A stretch of DNA of 64,000 nucleotides. Source: Heterodontus francisci. Lineage: Eukaryota. Under the pieces are notes generated by a model, which searched no databases, was not told the origin of the DNA, and worked only from the letters and a program-made list of their open reading frames with translations. This document shows, in pieces, positions 36,138-48,744 of this stretch. A program made the translations under genes and the position numbers. The first letter of the stretch is position 1; every line of letters begins with the position of its first letter. Where the stretch lies: the NCBI RefSeq assembly GCF_036365525.1, contig NC_090393.1:54638488-54702487 (forward strand), written 5' to 3'.

Positions 36138-38750
36138 AAGATAATTGCCATAACAGCCGAACATCTGTAATTAGTAAAAGATGATGATGATAATACAGAT
36201 GTAGGGCAATATGATGAACAACAAGGTAGTAGGTCCGAGAGTGATGCAGTGATATTGGCTAGGATTCAGTTAGAAACACAATAAACTTGAAGCAGAAAAA
36301 GTATGAAGAAATCTTGAATTGGAAAAAGAGGAAATGGAAAAAGAAAAAAGCAATAGCATTAAGAAAACTTGAACTTCAGAGTGAGAGAGAGAGTAAAAGA
36401 GAAGACAGGGAATTTAAATTAAAAGAAATGGAACTATGACAAAAGAGTAGGCCTGAATCCAGGGAAAATTCAGGTCAGGAAGAATCTGAGTTTAGATCAT
36501 GACTCAGTGAGAAGTTGTTCAAATTTATATAGGCCCTTCCTAAGTTCGAGGAAAGGGACGTTGAGGCATTTTCCATATCTTTTGAAAAAATAGCCAAACA
36601 GATGAAATGACCGAAAGAAAGCTGGACATTGCTCATGCACGCAGGCTGGTAGGCAGAGCTCATGAAGCTTATGCCATGCTTTCTGAAGAGGCTTCTGCAG
36701 ATTATTAGATGGCAAAAAAGGCTATTCTCACTGCGTATGAGTTAGTCCCTGAAGCTTACTGTCAGAGGTTTGAGAACTTACAGAGAATGACTAGGCAGAC
36801 ATATTTAGAATTTGAGAGGGTGAAGCAAATGAATTTTGACCGTTGGATATGGGCATTCAAGATAGAAACCACATATGAGGACCTTCGAGAATTAATTCTC
36901 TTAGAAGAGTTGAAAAACTCCATTCCTTCCGTAGTGAGAACTCATATAGATAACCTGAAACTTTTGAAAGCTAGGCAAGCATCAGAGATTGCTGATGATT
37001 CTGAGCTTGTGAATAAGCCAACCTATTTTGTCCATCACCCCCATAAACCCGAGAAGGATAGAAAGTGGAAGAGTAAAAGGAAAGCAAGTAGCCGGGCACA
37101 AGAAGGAACAGCTGGGAATGCCCCAGCATCACCTTCTCAGGTCAGAAAGGAACGTGCTGGGGTAGAAGTGAGGTTCACAACCCAAGGTGTTATCATTGCA
37201 ACAACAGGGGTCATCTTCATTCAGAGAACTGGAAATTGCGAGGTAAATGCATGGGACTTGTTGGGGTAAGCAAAGTTAGTGCAGAGGAAACATTCCCCGA
37301 CTGAGAGTACAAAGACCAGGCTTTAATGACAGCTGTGAATGTGAAGCCAGATACTAATACTAAGAGGATTGTAGAGGTTAAGAATAAAATACCTAAGAGT
37401 TGTAATGATCTTTTGACAAAGGGGAGAGTAACTCTGTATTCTGTAAGTGAGGCAGGAAATCCTATCATTATACTCAGGGATACAGGAGCGACCCAAACAC
37501 TCTTGCTGGGGAAAGATAGGTGGTTTTCACCAGACAGCATCTTGAATGCTAAAGTTTTAGTAAATGGAATTGGTGGGGTGTGTATACCCGTACCTTTGCA
37601 TGGAGAGTGACTTAATAACTGGGATAGTAACTGTTGGTGTTGTCCAGAGTTTAATAGTAAAGGGAATTGATCGACTCCTCGGACATGATTTGGCTGGATC
37701 AAAAATATCAGTTTTTCCTATAGTTACAGAGGAACCATGTAAAGTTAAGGAAATGGAGCAATTACAGGACCACATTCCAGGAATATTTCCTGCATTACCC
37801 GAGCAATGGCTAAACAGGATCCATTGTTGGAGTTAAAAGGGACACCACAAATAGATAATCAGGCATCAGAAACCTTATTTGGGGCTTTAGATAATCCAAA
37901 TGAGATGTTTAACAGATGGTCTATCATTGCAGCACAGGAAGCTGATCCAGAGATCTACCAAATAGTATCAACAGCTTTGTCAGAGGCCGAGGTGAAAGGA
38001 GTTTTGGAAGGTTATTATATGGCAAATGGGGTTTTGTGGAGGAAATGGAGACTGCCTCACAGACATGCTGACAAAGACTGGACAGTTGTTGAACAGATAA
38101 TGTACCACCTAATGTACTTATCGCCAAGGATTATTAAGGTTAGCACACGACATTCCCTTTTCACGACATAGGGGAATTCAGAAGACCAAATCATACATAA
38201 GCAAACATTACTACTGGCCAGGTCTTATAAAGGTGTCAGACAATTTTGTAGGACATGCCACAAGCCCTCAAACAGTGGGAAATCCACACCTACAATTGAA
38301 AGTGTTCTCAAGTTGCTAATTGTTGAAATCCATCGTGGAAGAAGGAAAGCATCACCTGCTACTGGAGTTAGACTATGGACTGTTCTACTGTGGAAGAACC
38401 TTTTCTTTTTGCATCGGACGGGTGTGAGGACTTCAAACAACATTGGACTGTAAATTTGCAAGGACTCTATTTTTTTCTATTTTATATGTTGTTTATATCT
38501 TCATAATGTTTAAGAATTTAGTTCTTCTAATTAAAGCGCTAATTTAAAGACACCTGATTTGGTTAACCTCATGCGGGGGGTTAATAGATGGTACAATTTG
38601 CCTGGGTCTTTCTTTAATTTGGAAAGTTTTAAATGCTATGTTAGGCAATCTGTGGAGCAACGGGATTGAAATTAACAGTGCGTTTCTGCTACCACAATCA
38701 GAATCGTATATTTTGATTGAGGGTTTTGACTGGAGTGATCAGTCATAACA
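36138..38750 (+). mobile_element. Unit B copy of the Gmr1-like Gypsy element (5' LTR deleted)
   Basis: Same gag, PR and INT remnants and the same INT/3'-LTR deletion junction as in unit A. Confidence 0.87.
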
Positions 38751-39202
38751 TCGCACAGGCCATTGGTATGCTGAAGATGCGCTTCCACTGCCTCAATAGA
38801 TCTGCTGGAGCCCTACAGTATGCACCACACAAGTTTATGATCATCGTTGCAGTCTGCTGTGTTCAACACCACATCATGGCCCTGCAAGATGAAGAAATAT
38901 GAGAGCATGAGACATCCTCTGACGATGAGGACACAGAGGGCAAAACAAGGACAGGCACAGATGGGTAATCAGACAGCAGTGATGGAGGCCAGACATGATG
39001 AGCAGCGAGCAAGGAAGGCAAGGCAGAGACTGATAATTGTGCATTTCCACAACCAACAATTTCAATAAAAATGTTTGCGAACAAAACTCACCATCGTGCA
39101 TGCAGTCTCAAGTCCTCATCCTCGATTACGGCTATCTCTCCAGCATGACTGCGACCCTGAATATCCATATGTGTCAAGATGTCTTTATAACCCGTTTGTC
39201 AT

Positions 39203-42200
39203 AAAGTCATAGAGTCGTAGCATCGTACAGCATAGAAACAGGCCCTTCGGACCACCGCATCCATGCTGACCATAATGCCTAATTATACTAATCCCACCAG
39301 CCTGCATTAATTCCATATCCCTCTATGCCTTGCTCATTCAAGTACCTGTCCAGATGCCTCTTAAATGTCGCTACTGAACCTGCCTCCACCACCTCCTCAG
39401 GCAGCTCGTTCCAGATATCCACTATTCCTTGTGTGAAAAATTTACCCCTTTGATCCCCTTTAAACCTCCTCCCTCTCACTTTAAATCTATGCCGTCTAGT
39501 TTTATTCACCCCTACCATGGGAAGCAGACTCTGGATCTACCCTATCTATGCCTCTCACAATTTTATATACCTCTATCATGTCCCCTGTCAGCCTCATTCG
39601 CTCCAGGGAAAACAGACCCAGCCTATCCAATCACTCTTTATAACCCAAACCAGGCAACATCCTTGTGAATCTTTTGTGCACCCTCTCTAGCTTAATCACA
39701 TCTTTCTTGTAGTGCGGCGACCAGAACTGCACACAATACTCCAAATTGGGCCTCACCAACGTTCTGTACAACTGTAACATGACGTCCCAACCCTTGTACT
39801 CAATGTCTTGGCTGATGGAGGCAAGCATGCCATATGCCTTCTTCACCACCCTATCTACCTGTGTTGCCACTTTCAGGGAACTATGTACTTGCACCCCAAG
39901 GTCTCTCTGCTCAAGAACACTGCCCAGGGCCTTGCCATTCACTGTCTGTGTCCTGCCCTGGTTTAACTTCCCAAAATGCTTCACTTCACACATGTCTCCA
40001 TTAAATTCCATTTGCCACTCTCTTGCCCACTTTCCCAGTTGATCTATATCCTGTGGTAACCTTAGACAACCTTCTTCACTGTCCACCATACCACCAATTT
40101 TGGTGTTATCTGCAAACCTACTAATCATGCCGCTTACATTCACATTCAAGTCATTAATATATATGACAAACAGAGGGCCCAGCACCGATCCCTGCAGCAC
40201 ACCACTGGTCACCGGCCTCCAATCTGAAAAACAACCCTCCACTACCACCTCTGCCTCCTATCGCCAAGCCAATTTTGGATCCAATTTGCGAGGTCACCCT
40301 GGATCTCATGTGTTCGAACAATCTGGACCAGCCTACCATGCGGGACCTTGTCAAAGGTCTTGCTAAAGTCCATGTAAAGGACATCCATCGCCCTGCCCTC
40401 GTCAATTCTCTTGGTCACCTCCTCGAAAAACTCAATCAAATTCGTGAGACATGATTTCCCATGAGCAAAGCCTTGCTGACTTTCCCTAATCAGACCATGC
40501 CTTTCCAGATGCATATAAATCCTGTCTCTCAGAATCCCTTCCAATAGATTTCCCACCACTGATGTAAGGCTCACCAGCCTGTAGTTCCCTGGCTTATCCC
40601 TGCTGCCCTTCTTCAATAAGGGCACAACATTAGCTATCCTCCAGTCTTCCGGTACCTCACCCGTGGCTAACAATGATACAAAAATCTCTGCCAGGGCCCC
40701 AGCAATCTCCTCCCTTGCTTCCCATAGCATCTTAGGATGCATCTGGTCAGGCCCTGGGGATTTATCCACCTTATGCACTTCAAAACCTCCCACACATTCT
40801 CCTTTCTAATGTTGATATGCTCCAGGATATCGCTGTTCCCTCCCTTGAACTCACTCGCTTCCATGACCTTCTCCACGGTAAATACGGACGAGAAATATTC
40901 ATTTAAGACTTTGCACATTTCCCATGGCTCCACACATTCATTACCACACTGATCCTTAAGGGGATCTACTGTCTCCCTAGCTACCCTTTTACTCTTAGTA
41001 CACTTATAGATTCTTTTAGGATTCTCCTTTATCTTATCTGCCAGGGAAATCTCAAGGCCCCTTTACGCCCTCCTAATTTCTTTCTTAAGCATAGTCTTTT
41101 ATCCCCTATACTCCTCGAGGGACTCATTCGATCCCAGCTGCCTATACCTGACATCTGCCTCCTTCTTTGTCCTGACCAGTCCCTCAATATCCCTCGTCAA
41201 CCAAGGTTCCCTCAACTTGCCAGCCTTGCACTTCCATCTAACAGGAACATGCCAGCCCTGAATTCTTCCTATCTCACTTTTAAAAGCCTCCCACTTGCCA
41301 GACGTCCCTTTACCTGTAAACAGCCTCTCCCATTCAACTTTTGAGAGTTCCTGTCTGATGCCATCGAAATTAGTCTTCCCCCAATTTAGGACTTCAACCT
41401 GAGGACCAGTCCTATTCTTTTCCATAACTATCTTGAAGCTAATAGAGTTATGGTCACTGGTCCCAAAGTGCTCCCCCACTGACACATCAACCACCTGCCC
41501 ATCCTCATTTCAGAAGAGGGGGTCGAGTGTAGCCCCTTCTCTAGTAGGGCCATCCACATACTGCTTCAGAAAACTATCCTGGACACACTTAATAAGTTGT
41601 TCCTCATCTGATCCCTTGGCACTAAGGCAGTCCCAGTCAATATTAGGAAAGTTAAAGTCACCTACGAATGCAACCCTATAATTCCTACACTTATCTGTGA
41701 TTTCCCTACATATATGCTCCTCCACTTCCCTCTGACTATTGGGGGGCCTATAGTGTAATCCTATCAAAGTGATCACCCCTTTCTTATTTCTAAGTTCTAC
41801 CCATATGGCCTCGCTGGGCATTCCCCCCCCCCCCCCCCCCCCCGGGATATCCTCTCTAAGTACTGCCGTGATGTCCTCCCTAATCAATAGTGCAATTCAC
41901 CCTCCTCTCTTACCTCCAGCTCTGTCATGCCGGAAGGATCAGTACTCCAGAACATTGAGCTGCCACTCCTGCCCATCCCTTAACCACGTTTCCATAATAG
42001 CTATAATATCACCATCCCATGTGCTGATCCATGCACTGAGTTCATCTGCCTTACCTGTAAGGCTTCTTGCATTAAAGTAAATGGAGTTTGGCCAATCAGA
42101 CTTTCCATGCTCCCTGTCCTGCCCCTGCCCGGTCTGCCTACTGGACTTGTTTGCTTTAACCTCTATGTTTGCCTCAACTATCTCATCAGAGAGACTACTA

Positions 42201-43480
42201 TTTTGGATCCCACCCCCTCCCACCCCCCACAAGACTAGTTTAAACTCTCCCAAGTAATACTCGCAACCTCCCCGCAAGAATATTGGTCCCCTTCCAGTTT
42301 AGATGCAACCCATCCTTCTTGGACAGGTCACCTCTGCACAAGAAGGGATCTCAATGATCCATGTAGCTGAAGCCTACACTAGCTCTTCAGCCACACATTC
42401 ATTTGCTTAATCCTCCTATTCCTACCGTCACGTGGCACAGGGAGTAATCCTGAGGTTACAACCCGAGAGGTCCTGCTTGCTAACCTTCTACCTAACTCCC
42501 TATATTCACTTTGCAGGACCTCATTTCTCTTCCTGCCTATGTCGTTAGTAGCAGTATGGACCACGACCTCTGGCTGCTCACCCTCCCCTTTCAGAATGTC
42601 CTGCAGCCGCCCCGAGACATCCTTGACCCTGGCACCAGGGAGGCAACATACCATCATGGAGTCTCTTTTGAGGCCACAGAAATGTCTATCTGCACCGCTT
42701 ACGATAGAATCCCCTATCACTACAGCTCTTCCAACCCTTTTCCTCCCCTGCTGTGCAGCAGAGCCCTCCGTGGGGCCACAAACTTGGCTGCTGCTGCTTT
42801 CCCCTGGGAGGTCATGCCCCCCAACAGTATCCAAAGTGATCTATCTCTTTGCAAGGGAGTTGGCCAAAGGGGACTCCTGCTCTACCTGCCTGCGCCTACT
42901 ACTCTGTCTGGTGGTCACCCATCTCTTTTTTGCCTGTGCAGCCATTACCTGTGGTATCACCACCTCACTAAACATGCTATCCACGACGTCCTCAGCATCA
43001 CAGATGCTCCACAGTGAATCCACCTGCAGCTCCAGCTCTGTCATGCGGATAGCCAGTAGCTGCAGCTGGATACACTTCCTGCACACATGGTCGTCAGGGA
43101 CACAGGAAGCGTCCCTGATTTCCCATGAAGCGCAGGAGGAGCATATCACAGGGCTGAGTTCTCCTGCCATGACTTACCCTTAGATTAATTATTTACTCCC
43201 CTAATTAAAAGATACTAATTACACTAACGGCCTTGTTCTACCCACTTCAATCTAAAGTCATTAAAAAAAAAACACTTTCATAGTACTCACCTTATCACCA
43301 GAGGTTTTTTTCCAACAAAAAAAAGCAACTTTCCCCTTATTTTTTTAAGATATTCTGACAGCTGATACTCAACCTTGCAGCTCTCCTCTGACGTCACTGT
43401 GGGCTTTTTTTTTTCAAAACTCCTGCGCGCTGGAAGAGGTTCGACTGCTTTCCGCTCCCGGGAAGGTGTGTGCTTCTTCT
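39203..43480 (-). mobile_element. Near full-length CR1 LINE with ORF1 and ORF2, disabled
   Basis: ORF1 has CxxC fingers (VICSSCASW..HVCRKC) and a GDSL/SGNH esterase (VIGDSIV). ORF2 has APE endonuclease (YFNARS, YRPPN, GDFNFP) and RT (DFSKTFDKVPH, QGSVLGP, FADN). Several stops and frameshifts. Confidence 0.93.
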
Positions 43481-44631
43481 CCATGCACCCTCTTTGCTAA
43501 CAGCTGGACTGGAGGCAAGCTGTTGATCAGGATGCTTTTTGGCCTGGGATGACTTCGGCGGTCATCTTAAATACTTCAATCAAGTCTCCTCTCACTCCAG
43601 TGAAAACACGCCCAGTCTGTCCAACACTTCCTCATAAGACAACCCACTAATTCCAGATATCAATCCAGTAAACCTCCTCTGAACCGCCTCCAACACATTC
43701 ACATCCTTCCTGAAATTAAATCAAACCTGCACTCAGTGCAGATGGTATGAGTTTCTATAGATACTTATAAAAGAAAAGAGTTAACACAGTGACCGTTGCT
43801 CTTATTGAAAGTGAGCCTGGGGAATTAATAAGGGAAAGTAAGGAGATGGCAGATGAATTGAACAGGTATTTTGCATTGGTCTCCATTATAGAGGATATAA
43901 CTATCATCCCAGAAATAGCTGTAAATCAGGAAATGGAAAGGAGAGAGAAATGCGGCAAGACCAGGACAATATCCAGTAGCAAGTAACATTCGTGCCAGGC
44001 AATGACCATCTCCAACAAGAGAGGATCTAACGATTTCCCCTTGACATTCAATGGCATTACCATTGCTGAATCCCCCACTATCAACATCCGAGGGGTTACC
44101 ATTGACCAGAAACTGAACTGGAGTAGCCATGTAAATACCATGGCTACAAGAGCAGGTCAGAGGCTAGGAATCCCGTGGCGAGTAACTCACCTCCTTACTC
44201 CCCAAAGCCTGTCCACCATCGAAAAGGTACATGTCAGGAGTGTGATGGAATACTCTCCACTTGCCTGGATGGGTGCAGCTCCAACAACACTCAAGAAGCT
44301 CGACACCATCCAGGACAAAGCAGCCCACTTGACGGGCCATCAACAAACATTCACTCCCTCCACCACCGACGCACAGTGGTAGCAGTGTGTACCATTAACA
44401 AGATGCACTGCAGCAACGCATCAGTGTTTCTTCGACAGCACCTTCTAAATCCGCGACCTCTACCAACTAGAAGGACAAGGGCAGTAAATGCATGGGAATA
44501 CCACCACTTGCAAGTTCTCCTCCAAGTCACCCACCATCCTGACTTGGAACTACATCGCCATTCCATCATTGTCGCTGGGTCAAAATCCTGGAACTCCCTT
44601 CCTAACAGCACTCTGGGTGTACCTATCCCAT

Positions 44632-44982
44632 ATTAGATTAGAGATACAGCACTGAAACAGGCAGTTCGGCCCACCGAGTCTGTGCCGACCATCAACCACC
44701 CATTCATACTAATAGTACACTAATCCCATATTCCTACCAAACATCCCCACCTGTCCCTATATTTCCCTACCACCTCCCTGTACTAGTGACAATTTATAAT
44801 GGCCAATTTACCTACCAACCTGCAAGTCTTTTGGCTTGTGGGAGGAAACCGGAGCACCCGGAGAAAACCCACGCAGACACAGGGAGAACTTGCAAACTGC
44901 ACACAGGCAGTACCCGGAATCGAACCCGGGTCCCTTGAGCTGTGAGGCTGCAGTGTTAACCACTGCGCCACTGTGCCGCCCC
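44632..44982 (-). mobile_element. Full-length HE1-type tRNA-derived SINE nested in a LINE
   Basis: Minus strand head ggggcggcacagtggcgcagtggtt (A box), gggttcgattcc (B box), core and tail. Confidence 0.93.
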
Positions 44983-45099
44983 TGCTACGGTTCAAGAAGG
45001 CAGCTCACGGCCACCTTCTCAAGGGCAATTAGGGATGGACAATAAATGCTGGCCTGCCTAGCGACTCCCACATCCCATGAATGAATAAAAAATAAACTC

Positions 45100-46700
45100 A
45101 AGCAAATTACAACTACCAGGGAATTGGTGCTGAACAGATTGTTGGAGCTGTTGGTTGAAAACCCCCCAGATTCTGATGAACTTCATCCTCGGGTCCTAAA
45201 AGATGTGGCTAGTGAGATAGTTGACGCATTGGTTTTAATTTTCCAAAATTCCCCAGATTCAGGAGAGTTGCCACGAGATTGGAAAATAGTAAATGTAACT
45301 CCTTTATTCAATAAGGAAGGAAAAGAGAAAGCAGCAAACTACAGGCACTTTAGTTTAACATCTGTCATAGAGTAAATATTAGAAGCTTTTTTAAAGACCT
45401 TACAGTACGGCACTTAGAAAAATTCAACGTCATCAGGCAGAGAGAACATGGTTTTGTGAAAGGGAAATCATGTTTAACCAATTTATTGGACTTCTTTGAA
45501 GAAGTTGCTGGTGCTGTGGATAAAGGGGAAGCGGTCGATGTATTGTACTTAGATTTCCAGAAGGCATTTGATCAGATGCCACATCAAAGGTTATTGTGGA
45601 AAATAAAAGTTCATGGAGTAACATATTTGCATGGATAGAAGATTGGCTAACTACCAGGAAACAGAGAATAGGCATAAATGGGTTACTTTCAGGTTGGCAG
45701 GATGTAACGAGTGGTGTGCCACCGGGATCAGTGCTGGGACCTCAACTTTTTACAGTTTATATAAATGACTTGGATGAAGGGACAAAGATATGGTTGCTAA
45801 ATCTGCTGATGACACAAAGATAGGTTGGAAAGCAAGTTGCAAAGAGAACATAAGGAGGCTACAAAGGGATGTAGATAAGTTAAGTGAGTGGCCAAAAATC
45901 TGGCAACTGGAGTATAGTGCGGGAAAATGTGAAGTAGTCCATTTTGGCAGGAAGAATAAAAGAAGAAGCATATTATCTAAATGGTGAGAGAATGCAGAGC
46001 TCTGAGATGCAGAGGGATCTGGGTGCCCTCGTGCATGAATCGCAAAAGATTAGTATGCAGGTACAGCAAGCAATTAGGAAAGCTGATAGAATGTTATCAT
46101 TTATTGTGAGGTGAATTGAATACAGAAGTAGATACATTATGCTTCAGTTGTACAGGACACAGGTGAGACCACATCTGGAGTACTGTGTACAATATTGGTC
46201 TCCTTACTTAAGGAAAGATGTTAATGCGTTGGAAGCAGTTCAGAGAAGGTTTACGGGACTAATACCTGGAATGGGTGGGTTGTCTTATAAGGAAAAGTTG
46301 GATAGGCATGGTTTGTATCCGCTGGAGTTTAGGAGAGTAAGAGGCAACTAGATCACAACATATAAGATCCTTAGAGGTCTTAACAGGCTGGTTGTGGAAA
46401 GGGCGTCTCTTCTTGTGGGAGAATCTAGAACTAGGGGTCACTGTTCAAAAATAAGAAGCTGCCCATTTAAGACAGCGATGAGAAGAAAGTTTTTCTTTCA
46501 GAGGGTCTAAGTCTTTGGAACTCTCATCCTCCAAAGACGGTGGAAGAGGTACTTCGAATCTTGATAAACAAGAGGGTGAAAGGTTATTGGCGGTAGGCAG
46601 GAATGGGAAGTTGAGGTACAATCAGATTAGCCATGATCTTGTTGAATGGTGGAGGAGGCACGAGGGGCTGGGTGGTCTGCTCCTGCACCTAGTTCGTATG
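45100..46700 (+). mobile_element. Degenerate CR1 LINE RT region and 3' end (3' tip also at ~17968-18220)
   Basis: [52 protein letters not shown]. Confidence 0.9.
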
Positions 46701-46763
46701 TTCGATTATCATCCCTGTGTCATATGTTGCAGCACCAGCAGGTGGCAATGTTGCACCACATTT

Positions 46764-47953
46764 CTTTGGGCCTCCTAATCTCGAGAGACAATGGATACGC
46801 GCCTGGAGGTGGTCAGTGGTTTGTGAAGCAGCGCCTGGAGTGGCTATAAAGGCCAATTCTAGAGTGACAGGCTTTTCCACAGGTGCTGCAGAGAAATTTG
46901 TTTGTCGGGGCTGTTGCACAGTTGGCTCTCCCCTTGCGCCTCTGTCTTTTTTCCTGCCAACTACTAAGTCTCTTCGACTCGCCACATTTTAGCCCCGTCT
47001 TTATGGCTGCCCGCCAGTTCTGGCGAACGCTGGCAACTGACTCCCACGACTTGTGATCAATGTCACAGGATTTCATGTCGCGTTTGCAGACGTCTTTACA
47101 GCGGAGACTTGGACGGCAGGTGGGTCTGATACCAGTGGCGAGCTCGCTGTACAATGTGTCTTTGGGGATCCTGCCATCTTCCATGTGGCTCACATGGCCA
47201 AGCCATCTCAAGCGTTGCTGACTCAGTAGTGTGTATAAGCTGGGGATGTTGGCCGCCTCGAGGACTTCTGTGTTGGAGATACGGTCCTGCCACCTAATGC
47301 CAAGTATTCTCCGGAGGCAGTGAAGATGGAATGAATTGAGACGTTGCTCTTGGCTGACATACGTTGTCCAGGCCTCGCTGCCATAGAGCAAGGTACTGAG
47401 GACACAGGCCTGATACACTCGGACTTTTGTGTTCCGTGTCAGTGCGCCATTTTGCCACACTCTCTTGGCCAGTCTGGACATAGCAGTGGAAGCCTTTCCC
47501 ATGCGCTTGTTGATTTCTGCATCTAGAGACAGGTTACTGGTGATAGTTGAGCCTAGGTAGGTGAACTCTTAAACCACTTCCGGAGCGTGGTCGGCAATAT
47601 TGATGGATGGAGCATTTCTGACATCCTATCCCATGATGTTCGTTTTCTTGAGGCTGATGGTTAGGCCAAATTCATTGCAGGCAGCCGCAAACCTGTCGAT
47701 GAGACTCTGCAGGCACTCTTCAGTGTGAGATGTTAAAGCAGCATCGTCAGCAAAGAGGAGTTCCCTGATGAGGACTTTCCGTACTTTGGACTTCGCTCTT
47801 AGACGGGCAAGGTTGAACAACCTGCCCCCTGATCTTGTGTGGAGGAAAATTTCTTCTTCAGAGGACTTGAACGCATGTGAAAGCAGCAGGGAGAAGAAAA
47901 TCCCGAACAGTGTGGGTGCGAGAACACAACCCTGTTTCACACCACTCAGGATA
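46764..47953 (-). mobile_element. 5'-truncated RTE-clade LINE, unit B only
   Basis: KQGCVLAPTLF, LLFADDAAL, TLLYGSEAW, LRWLGHV and a C-terminal zinc finger. 11-bp TSD gcaccacattt at 46753-46763 and 47954-47964. Empty site at 18273. Confidence 0.93.
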
Positions 47954-48744
47954 GCACCACATTTACTTGGTACACAAATATCAATGGCATCTCAGACATT
48001 TCTTATGAGTAAAAATAAGACCATTTTGAGATTAAATATATCATATTTTATCAAGATGCTTGCAAAATGCTCACAGCATAACTGACTCCTTGCAACGCAG
48101 AGCAAGCACAGAGCGATCGCGGATGTCATCAATCTTTGCCAGCTTGCCAGTATGAATGCGCGGTTGCCTTGTCAGCAAACTCAGCCCATCTAAACCTGTG
48201 GTTCTCAAGCAGAGCTCCCCGGATCCCTGGGGTCTGCAGTGACCTTCTGTGCTCTCCGTGTGCGGGACAACCTTGGAGTTGGACGGATGTCCAGGGCACC
48301 GTAACCAAGAGTATGCAAGTGAACGGCGATCGCAGCCGTGCTCTGCCCTCTCGTGCTCCTCTGGTGTTTTTTTCCGTGATCTGCTTCCCCCGTGAGGCGA
48401 TTCCCGCCCGTTCCTGTTCTCTCCAAGCTGCTGCCAAGAATAGACAGACGATGCAGTGAGAAGCAGGCACTGCCGTCGCACTGGTATCCATAAGTAAAGA
48501 CCGGTCTTCTAAAAACCGTTCTTAAAACAATCTTTACATGCAACACTTTCATATTTTGAGCTTTTTATAGTATTATAATTGGGGCGGGTGGGGGGGGGGG
48601 GCATGATTACTAATCCATTAATCCATTAAAAAGGAGTCCTTTAGTGAAAAAGATTTGAGAACCACTGGACTAGAGAAACTGGGGCTTCTCTCAGAGCAGA
48701 GCACGTTAAAGGGAGATTTGATCGAGATGTTCTTGAAGGAACAC

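Noticed and set aside
44900-44982. tRNA gene
   Set aside because: The A/B boxes belong to the tRNA-derived head of an HE1 SINE and continue into the SINE core and tail.
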